Shown one piece after another: positions 1-11,300 of a stretch of DNA of 31,125 nt. This DNA comes from Catajapyx aquilonaris (lineage: Eukaryota), in assembly GCA_000934665.2 (NCBI GenBank), contig KZ538246.1:62001-93125 (forward strand). Reading direction: 5' to 3'. The stretch's first letter is position 1. Every line of letters begins with the position of its first letter. Under the pieces are notes generated by a model, which saw nothing but the letters and a program-made list of their open reading frames with translations, was not told the DNA's origin and made no database searches. Both the position numbers and the translations under genes were made by a program.

Positions 1-2298
1 GGAAGGTCGGGCTTGTTGCATCTTTTTTAAACGTGACATTGCACAAATTAACATCATACATGTTAATCATGTACAGTACTTGAAATATTATTGACAACAA
101 CAAGAATGAGCAACTTTTCCATTCACCACATGTGGGTGAATGTGTGGAGAAGGGTTGAGGTGAATAGGAACGAGGGATTTAAATAGGATATTAATACGGT
201 ACATGCTCGCTCCTCTGGCTCGCTGTCAATTCTCATATGGCTATTGGCCCAGTCTGAGCAATACATGATACCTAATTTTCGTCACTATAATTTCACTGGA
301 AGGTGAGAAACCTGTGAGAAACCCTGAAATGGGCTTTTGTATCGTTGAATGTAATATGAGGGCCATAAAACAGAAAATGGAAGTAGAAGAAACTCCATTT
401 CCACCAAAAATAATTATAGTATAGCAAGTTTAAAAAATATAACGCGGTTCCATTCATGTGACCAGTGCTTTTAATTTTTAGTTCATTTGTAGTGAAAGTG
501 CGTTTTTTCTTCCTCATCCATTTTGTTTAGAAACTTTACTTTGTATATGCCATGACAGACACATTTCAAAATACCGGTATTTGCCTCCCTTACAGTCACA
601 CCAGTGCAGTGCAGTGCATAAAATTCGGAACAGTAATTATGATTGTACAAGGTGTGACTCTAAACTTCTAAAGTAATGTGAGCAACCATAATGGCACAGT
701 GCAACTTTTTAGTATAGGTGGGGAGAGTAAAATTTGATTGGGGTACCACATCAAATTGAGCAAACTACGTGTTTGACAATTCATTATAACTTATACTGTT
801 CAGAGCGGTTCAGAGGCTGCGGGGTTATCTTATACCGAAGATAATTGCAGCCGCGGAGTCGTAAATAAATTCATCGGAAGTGTAGACATTCCCTATAACT
901 GTCACTTCCCGGTTGATACTGAGCTATTTAGGCACCGTCCCGTACAATTGTTAATATCCACACATTAATGAGTAGATCAGAATGCAATATAATAATTTGT
1001 AGCAGCTGCCCTTGGCGACGCGATTTTCATGTGAATAGGGAGGATAAAATAGGCCTGCTATTGGACGATTATGACGGCGGCAATCGTACTCCTCATTCAG
1101 GCGTCTTTTTCCGCCGACATAAAAACCGGATACAAAATATTTCTCAGAATAACCCACAAATGTCAGAAACTGTGGGGTGTATTGTGGACTCGAAGCAATC
1201 AGCAACCCTTTTTTTGTATTCTGCGCAATGTTATGTCAATTTTAAATGTTGACATTGAGGGCATCTATACTATACACGATATAGGCTCTTAAATATGAAA
1301 ACCACGGATTCATTATTGTTCTATTGTTTAGTCATAATTTATGAAGAAGATTTGTCGCAGTTGATTAACAGGTGCCCTGGCATCAGTGTTTTACGCTAAC
1401 GCAATTAGAAACAGCGATGGACTACTTTATCTAGCCTACGTACATCAAAAAGGCAGCTTGTCGTTTCTGCGATTCTAATGATTGTAGCGGTAAACGAGTA
1501 ACGATTGTCGATAAATTGTTAATATGGTATGCTTAATGCTTTTGAATTGTGTATCAGTACGAAAACATGACCGCATAGTCTGAAGGTTGTATTTTCTACC
1601 GTGTATATTATTATTATACGTTACAATACCTTATACGTTATTATACGTCTGAGGAGGAATTCGTTTGAATAATGGGATGGGCAAAGCAACCACCTTCTTT
1701 ATATATACAGATCTGTCTGCGGTTGTTGTCCCAATTTATGTAACTCCTCTGCATATCGGCAAGTGTATCTGATAACGGTAAGTCTTGATACGAGGCCGCT
1801 GTTCGATCTAATAGTTCTACACAGTGGGTTTCACTCCGATGTGATTGCTGACACTATAGAAAAAAAAAAACAGGCACAATTTTCATTGAACCTGTATTTT
1901 CACTGCCACAACCTGTACTCTTGTTGCAATATTGGCCTTATGCATTGCAAATAATGTTGGTTAATAAAGACGCACATGTCGGACTTCAGACATTCGAGTT
2001 TAAAATAGTAGCCGTAATTTTATGTAAGACTCATGATGTATGCGCCAGCACGAAATGAATGGATGAGGTGTACGCATTTTTTTCCGTCAGAAGGTACTGT
2101 ACATGTAAGTGACTTTCAAGGAAGTTTCCACGCAAGATTTGCTTATCTTGGAAGACTTGTTTTAATCTTGGAGCAATTGGTACAGTCTGAGACCACAGGT
2201 GTTACCCTCCTCCACAAGTGAATGACAGTGAGATGATCTATGTAGGCCTATTTTGAAGAAACATTACATTCAATGTGACTTTTTTTTTTGCATTTCAG

Positions 2299-2360
2299 AT
2301 GAACAAGAAAGAGTGCAAAAGAAAACATTCGTCAACTGGATCAACTCCTACTTATCCAAG
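2299..2360 (+). CDS. Msp300: Msp300 exon A (start of CH1)
   Basis: Acceptor tttttttttgcatttcag, donor gtgagt; (D)EQERVQKKTFVNWINSYLSK; phase 1 in, 0 out. Confidence 0.95.
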
Positions 2361-5300
2361 GTGAGTTACTACACATTTGCTATTCTTTCCTCGGGATTTT
2401 ATCCTCTTTTCTTTGCTCACGACCTTTGTTATCTCGGTCTAATTTGCAATGGCAGAAACCTTTTTATGGCGAATAGGGCATGTGAAGTGTACCTTTGTCT
2501 CCAGGGATATATCTCCTAAGGAATTGTTACCTAACGGTGTGTTTGCATGCATTGGGCTTCTTCCGCTTGTGCACTAGAAAGGGAAGCGAGTATAGCAAAA
2601 GCAGGAAGTTAATCTCTTCCTCAGATTTTGGAATCACGTAATTAACTTCTAAAAGAAGCCAAGAAGTGGTAGTGATAGGTTGAGAAATCGTTCCCAGGTG
2701 ATACGAAAGTAGGGGAAATAAATCAGCGGGCGTGGGAACTTGAGAATGAGATCGAAATAAAGCGAAATCAAGTTTATCAGTTTGGAGAGATGGGCCGTAT
2801 CATTAGTGGAAGGATATTGGTAATAAAACCCGCCAAGGTTTCTATTCGTGGAATTTCTGATACGTAGAAGGCTCTACCTGATTTGCCAGTATGTAGATCC
2901 AACCCGAAAGCCGATTTATGCTGCTGGTTGTACGTGTGCCTGACCTTCGTGTAATTAATGTAGAAGACGTGCTGTTTGTCTTGGGCAGTTGGGCAGACAG
3001 TCCCTGACCTGCATTTCGTTTTGTACACCGACAAGCTTTACTTATTATCTGAGTGTTAGGTGTGTAAAATAGTCATACCAGGTCGTATACGTCTTCATAG
3101 ATGTACCATCAGTTGAAAAAGAATTGTCCCAGTCATCCTGATGTGTGTGCTGCCCGCTCGACACACACCATGTAACTTACATGGTGTGTGTCGAGCGGCC
3201 AGCCCACACGTCAGGATGACTGGGACAGTTCTTTTTCAACTGATGTTACTGTACGTACAGTACATACAGTACCCGCACAGCTAAAATGGCACCATGAAAC
3301 CCCTTTCATGTCTCCGAATGATGCAATTTCTCCTTAGTTGACCGGTTATATCAAATTAGTTATAGGTTGGCTACGCCAGAACCTGGTCAAAGCCTTATAT
3401 CAATGCACGAGTCCTTAGATGGCAAAGCGACTAATGACTTTAACTGTACTGATCTTATGGAGATATTTAAAAAAAATTATAGTGCCATAATTATAGGCTA
3501 TACGCTAGAATGACTTTTGGGTACTGCACGGATATCAGAGTTAGCATTCAATAAGTTAGTAGTTCCAATTCTACAGAGTTTTAGTACTGATTAACCCTTA
3601 ACTATACGTAGGTGGGCGAAACACCTTTAACTACGTAGGTGGAGCCTGAGAGGCTCCAACGGTATATTTCAATTTCTACTTATCAACTAAATTGTTATAT
3701 TGGAATTTTCACATACAGAAAGTGCAGTTCAGATCATTAGGCTTCCGAAAACGCAAAAATCACATGCTGAGTCAGCATATTCCGACAGGGAAAATTTTTT
3801 AATTAAAAGGTTACATCATGCTTGAACCGCTCGCAGGCTTCACCTACGAGATATAGAGCCTGAGTGGTTCCAGGAGGGACCTGTTCCTCGTTACGAATTT
3901 TTAAAAACCAAAGAATAGGGACTAAAAATTTTTTTCTCTCCTTTTCATGCTTAGGAAGGTTTTTCCGACAAAGTCACGGAAGGACAGGGGAAAATAAAAT
4001 TCAGTGAAAAAGTTACATGCGTTTAAATAGTGCTTGGAGCAGGCTCCACCTACGTAGTTAAGGGTTAAGACAATCTCCTGGGGTGCGCTCGTAGAGGGAC
4101 CAAAGGATCACTTACGTAGAGTTGATGTTTCTGCAGCTTATAGGTACCGAGGTAATGGTTTCACACATGGTTTCGAATATCTGGCAGGTCCTTCCACGTG
4201 ACCGTGCGTTTTGAATTTGAATTTACGAGTATATATGCTCTCATGCAGTTTAAATTTGAACTGCGTTTTTATTAGGTGTAGCAGGCAGTCGCCAAGGCGA
4301 TGGAAGTGTCATAGACAGAATCCTCGATAAGGAGGTATAATGTCAACTTTAATTGATGGTACTTGTAATTATCTGAGTTACGAGCAGATATCAAAGGGAC
4401 TCCTCTAGGCGATCCTCTGATTCCCAGCACGAGTTTGCCATAAAAGTTTGTCTGAATCATTTTGAAACGCTATGTTGCACAGTACACAAGTATATAGGTC
4501 TACAGTGTAATGACAAGAGAAGTATAGGTCTATAGAAAAATATGATCTGATAGAGTAATATAATTTTTTTCAAAATCAGCGTTAATAGTGAAGTGTTATA
4601 ATTACGATGCAATTTAACATTATGATGTGTAGCGTTTATAACCCTGGGAAAATGTTAGTAACATGAGTTCTGCTTTGTCTCAGAAAATTAATAGGATGCT
4701 ATATTTTTGAGAGCTCTACCCGAAGCAGCGCAGCGTAAAGAAACTGCTAGAATCATTGCCTTTGAAATAATAAACTTGCACTTTTAGTCCTCTTAAAGTT
4801 CAAAAGACAATGAATATGGGAACATTACTACTAGAGCTTCAGCTTATAAACTCCTGACATGCAATAATCACATATCTAGGTCATATTAAAAGTTATTTTT
4901 AGCTGTTCTCCGTGGATTACAAAACAGCGGTGCAGTGCAATCGCAATACAGGATATTCCAATAAATTGAAATGTCCTGAGAGGTCACCGATTTTGGCTAT
5001 AAGCTGCATACTTCAAGCAGGTACTTTTGAAGAGTTACATTTATTAGTGGCCATCAAAAGTAGCCTATTAGTTGCTAATGTAGGCCGAATTTAATCATTA
5101 TTATCCATTAATCTGTGAATTACAAAGAATTTACGATTAGAAATGGTCAGTTCGAACCGTTAGCATCGAACATCGATGATAGAATTCAGTTTTGCAGGCC
5201 AGACCCCGTTTTTCTGTGTTAAAAAGGATGGGTTCAAGCAATAATGGCAGTTAATACTTTTGATAAACACTTGACGTATAACTACGCAAAAGTTAATGTA

Positions 5301-8300
5301 GAGAGGGAGCATTGTTTCAGTTCGACTAAATAAATATGATACGACGTTATGCACAATACAATACAACATAAAATATATGCTACCAGGGGCACCGTTTGTC
5401 TATATTCTCACCAAGTTATTACTGATAAAAAATGCTAATATAAAATTTTGAAACCCGCAAGTAGTCTATATCACTCGATGAGAATCACTACACAAAGTGG
5501 CTAGATGAATAGCATATAAACTCTATAAATGAAAATAGCTAGAAGATATAGGCCATTTATTTGTCAGAGAAAAGGTATATGACAATATAATTAAATAGCC
5601 CTACTCCCCTCCTCTCTCTCTCTCTCTCNNNNNNNNNNNNNNNNNNNNNNNNNNNNNNNNNNNNNNNNNNNNNNCTCCCCCCCCCCCCACTTTAAAGAGT
5701 TAAGTTACAGCAACTCTGAGTTTAACAAATTTCGGGTCTGGTTGTCCAGAAAGTCTGTAAGTATCCCAAGCTGAACTTCGGATTTTTTGACCACCTCCAC
5801 CTATTCATGTCACGCATCGTCACGCTGCGCTGGGTGTATCCCTGAGGCCCCACTTTCGATCCCCGGGTTGAACAGAGGATGCCACGTGTGGAAAGAGTTT
5901 CAATGGGTTATCTTCGCGTTCGCGTGGGTTTCCTTGGGGGTTTTCCCGTTTCCGACCACAATCAAAATCCAACATCATTGAGTATGAATAATAAATCGGG
6001 AATTAATAGAAGAGGATCTGAGATTACTGGTAGATACCGCTGACGAATTTTGGCTGTCAGAGAAATGGGGAGAACCTCGAGAAAACTCACATCAACACGG
6101 AGACAACCCATAGAATTATTTTCCGCATTAATCCATTGTCTAACCCGAGGATCGGCGCGGAACATCTAAGGTGGAAGGGTGTGGCCAAGGGCTACACAAT
6201 GACGCCAGTCAAGGCGGAAATAGACAAGTGCGATATATTGCACCCGTCATTATTATAGTATACTGCATTCGTGAATCAAGCAGTAGGCTTTACTGTTATA
6301 AGATATTCTACTTGCTTTTGTCGGCACCAACATGTATGAAAAATAATATTACTTTCAGATAGGTACCGGTATATCTGGACGTAGCAGTCAGCCTCATACT
6401 GTACTTTATATGTATGCCATCATCTATACTCTATAGAAACTCAAACGCTATAACTTCAGGCGATAAGTGTCTCGCAAACACGTGGAGTTGTCAGGTCTTG
6501 TGTATGATGATAATTTCCACGAGGTATACAGTACACATTGTGTTAAATGCGGCCATGACACCTATGCTTATTTGCGAGCCTCTTATCACGTTTGGGTTTC
6601 CTCAGGGGTGGCATTCCGATATTCCTGACTTCAGTGAATATTTTATAGGTTATTCCACTTGTTTAAGTAGGGTAATAATAGAAATATGTAGTCTTACAGA
6701 GTGTTACTCTGACAAGGTCGACGGTCCTCCAAGTGTGTCAACTTTGTTCTATCCAGTTGACTGTTGCAATGTGGCCACCGGAGCTACATGATGTACTCCA
6801 ATCGTTTTATTGTATCAGAATTTTATTCTTCAACAATTTAACTCGAAAAGTGTGCATTCCCCACGTGCAAGTGTCGTACAAGCAAGAAATAAATTGCGAA
6901 AGCAGGTAAAGGAAGCTCCACACCGCACTAACGTAAATCACGCCTATATGGACAGCCATCCGAATTCAGATTTTGTTGGAATCGCCAGGAGTGACTAACC
7001 CATCACTGTTTCCACCCAATGTGGAAACCGCCGCGCCGACTTTGGCAGAGTTAGATTATGTATATATACAGTAATATTATACGAGGACGAGGTATCTATG
7101 AGGAACCTTTGCCATGACCTTGTCCAATATGGCGTACATAAAGTATCCCTGTGTATGCAGGTAGCCAAGTTTGTTTGCCTCTGCGAGCCATGGTTGTGTA
7201 ACTGCAGGGTGCAATTGGCCACGAAATTTCTGGCAATTTTGAGAGCATTTGGAGGGGATGTCCGTAGCTTATTCCACAAGAGTATACGTAAATGGGCAAT
7301 ATGACAAGTGATTTCATCAATGGTAATATTCAATGTTCTTAAAAGAAAGACCGCTACATTCAAAATTGTCTCGAAACTTTTGACAGCTTTAATTTCTTTT
7401 GGAGAAATGCGGTTTTTGTGAATGAATAGTTTAAATTAATATATTGAAAGATAATAATTTTAGAGGCTGTTATGATTGGCGAGGTAATTCCTCGAGTTAC
7501 GCGACTTGCCGTCTAGCTATTTGCACCCGGCCTGAGAGAATATCATGTCGGTTAGATCATCTGGAAAACACGGGTGTTGGGCGTTAAGTATAATCAATAG
7601 GATGATGTAGTATTTAACAAGTCCAGGAAGGCTTGCATCTTCTCCAACACAAGGGGCTCATCATAAAATTCGTTCTTGTCTATGTCTTGGCAAGGACACC
7701 AACTCTGGATCACTGACCCACATTTACCAGTGTGTGTCAGTCAACTGTGATATGGATATGACAGTTGCTTTCGCCCACACGCTAGGAACGTTTTACTTGC
7801 GCTGATACACAGTTCTGATATCCGCCGAATACTGTACAACTAAGAGCTCGTGGTACAACTCTATGCAACGTGTTGCTTGGGGGGGGGGGGGGGGGGNGGC
7901 GTACGTACACATCGGCTAAAAGGGATAAAAACGGATTTAAGCGGGATTAAATCCCATTTTGGGGTCTTGAGTGTCATCAGTGGTCAGAGAACATGGGAAG
8001 AGCATGTGTTTGTGTATAGTCCTGCAGGCTGAAAATTGCGAATATTGAATAATTTAGCAGCTTTGGGAGGAAGTTCAGAACGTATAGTTTCATTAAGCAT
8101 CGAGCCAATACAGTCGCATTGATATTAATGTAGACTGTTAATATACCAATTGTAATTTAAATGTCTAATAATATAATATCTTATAATTTGCATATTTGCG
8201 TAGCCCATTTGTTAGAAACTTGATGCAATATTATCCGACTGAATCATTAGGGTAGAAGGAACTCACATCAATAAGATCAATAGGTCCGGGACTTGGCAGT

Positions 8301-11300
8301 CCCATGCAAATTACTGGCACTGCGATTATTCTTAATGATGAAATTTAGTAGATTCCGCTGTATTACCCATACTCTTGCGTCAAAAGTGTATGTTAAACTG
8401 CCTTGGATTTTCTTTGTACCGAAAAACTCTAGCATTCTCAAACGATGTGTAACATACGCTTAGCCTCACGTCATGGGTCATTCAGGTTCGACAAAAACGA
8501 ATTGAAGTGGGGTCGAGTTTCAGTCCGAATATTAGAGCCAAGCTGTCAATGTGTCTGGTTCGGTCTGACTCGGTTGAACTATCGAGAAAAAACACCGATT
8601 CCAAATATGTTGTGGATTTTGTACGTAAAATAAGCGTATCCCAAGTAAAAGAAAGGCGAATTTTTCGACCTTTATCGTCGGCTAAATTAAAATCTTCCGC
8701 ATCGCCCCCCCCCCTCCCCCCCTCCCCCCCCAAAAAAAATGCGAGATAATTATGCCCAAAATACGAGATAATTATGCTCCTGGACTCCATTGCTCCATCC
8801 AGTATTCAGTTCGATGCTCCATGGTCACACCACTTCGGCGCTATTTCTTACCTCCTGCATGGGCAGATAGGACCTAGGAGGTATCTGAGGTGTCCACTTT
8901 TCCAGTGTTGCCTATGTGAAGCCATATGGGGGATAGCTTTTCTCACTGCTCGGGCATATATGGTGCCTGAAGAGTAGGAAAAAAGCTTGATACTGTGCAA
9001 TTATACAACCCCATGTAGATGATTAACTACAGTAGAACCCCGATTATCCGTCACCCACGGGACTGGGGCATCGTCGGATAACCGAAAAGGTTGCATAATC
9101 CGAGGAATAAAACAACTTTAATAAAACACAACAACAAACATTAAAACATGAAATAATGTACAATATTAGGATTTTCTATGAAATAATGATTTTTTTTTCA
9201 CCGACACACACACTCTACTGTACTGTATTTACAATTTAACTAAGGCAAAGCAAACAAATGTGTAGAACATTATGGTATTTCATGAGAAAACATATTTATT
9301 GCCGGAGCGGGACAGTCGGATTAACCGAGGAGTCGAATAATCATGGTTCTACTGTATGTCAATTATTCATTTTCAGAGAGTTCCACCACTTAGGATAGAT
9401 GATTTGATTGAAGATTTGAAGGATGGGGTTAATCTACTGGCTCTGCTGGAAGTTTTGTCTGGAGAAAAGCTGGTAGGTGCAATTGATATGCTTGTAACTA
9501 TTTAATCAGTGTTATTCCACTTTAAAATCTGTTACAGCCTACAGAAAAGGGGCGTAACCTGAAACGACCACATTTTCTCAGCAATTCAAACACAGCATTG
9601 GAGTTCTTGAGGAGTAAAAAGGTACAGGTTGGAGTGTGATGAACTTTTAATCTATTATAATTGACATTATGCCTTTTTTCAGATCAAACTTGTCAACATC
9701 AATGCTTCTGATTTGGTTGATGGAAGACCTCCTGTTGTCCTTGGCTTAATTTGGACCATCATTTTGTATTTCCAGGTATGTGTGATTGAAAAAACGTAAT
9801 AGTATAGATATTTTACTTGGTTCTGCTAATTTATTTGTTTAGTAATATATACATTTTGTTATATACATATTTGCATCTTGATGTTAAAATGTACATAATT
9901 TGTTTTACATACAAGCTTCGGTGTAGGGACATCCAAGTGGTAAGTTAGGCGACCAAGCTGGACATATGTGCTTGCTGAACCACCAGCTTTTGCTTATTCA
10001 TGTGCTCTGAAATTTTTTTGCAATTGGTACTACATAATTATGCACTACCTATCCTGTCAATTGCTGTATCATATTTATTGCGAACAGTTGCCAACCAAAG
10101 TGTACATTATTTGTCACTCTCCAGATTGAGGAGAACACAAGAGCTTTGGAGATTCTGACTGGATATGGAAGCACAAGTAGCTTGGATAATGCAGAGAAGA
10201 TGAGTGAGGGTTTACTGGCAGGATCTCCTACAGAATATTCTCCTCCAGCAAAGCAACAGAAACAAGGTGTTGGTGAGAAGAGACGGCAAGGAGCCAGAAA
10301 AGCACTGCTCAGTTGGGTGCAAAACAACATTGGGAAGTGAGTCACTTTCAGTTTTTCAGGCATTGACGGGGATTTTGTGAAATATGGAGTGAAGGCATGG
10401 CTAATGAAGGGAATAGTTTGCAAAATAGGTTGGGTTAGGACTGAGCTAGAGGGTTTCAGAGGCAGCGTGAAGTATGGCTAATAGGTTTTGCCACATCTGC
10501 GTCCAAGGGGTTTGGTGACCCTTCAGAGAGATTTTACATCCCTTTTCTGTACAAACCTTGGGCTCATCTAAAGCATAAGGTTCTGAGTCAAGTTGACAGC
10601 CTCATTTACATGCATGGTTGACATCATGTGCTGCACTGTGGCATATCACATCAAATAGGACTACAACATATTTGAAATTGCAATATAGCTGTTTTTTATA
10701 CCAGCATGTTCCTGAATTTGTGTTCCTAAATGATATGGGTGGTAGGGGGTGTGTATGGAAGATGGAAGAAGCATGGAATGGGTCCAAAAGGCTGTCGACA
10801 ATGACGATGACTATCCTGGCAAGTATGGAAACCTCTGTGCATCCTGCATTGCTATTGTTCAACCAGCCTGTCCCGGCAACCAGCAATGCAGGCATGTACA
10901 AGGGTACCCATACTTGTCAGGATACACATCGTTGATGTCAAAGGTTAACATCTCCTAGACGTAGTGTCGACAGCCTTTCGGGCCCATGCCATGTCTCTTC
11001 CATACTCACCCCCTTACCACCTGTATCATTTTGGCGGACGAATTCGGGAACATACTGTATAAAAAAGTGAAGGAAATGCCGAGATGGTCTAGATGTGAAT
11101 CAGCTAGGGAAATTATTTTACAATGTTGAATTTTTGCATGGCATAATTTTGAAATATGTGTCTGATACAATTGAAATTATTGCAAGCATTCATGTTTTAA
11201 ACAGTTCAGGTTAGTGAACAATATGAGAATATAAAAATCATGAATCATCCTTTATTGCCATAAAGACTGAAATTAAAATTTTGGAATGTTCCTAGCACTT

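Noticed and set aside
2033..2093. MMYAPARNEW...SE G|gtactg as the Msp300 start exon
   Set aside because: The phase fits, but the donor is weak and the peptide has no recognisable similarity; not supportable without transcripts.
7878..8730. Poly-G (7878-7896) and C-rich (about 8705-8731) runs as G-quadruplex elements or ends of one element
   Set aside because: Low complexity, one run adjoins an N, and no flanking inverted similarity or TSD was found.
293..8977. Short ORFs (60-125 aa) upstream of exon A and within intron 1, as a nested gene
   Set aside because: No recognisable protein motifs, many non-ATG starts, no consistent exon chain.
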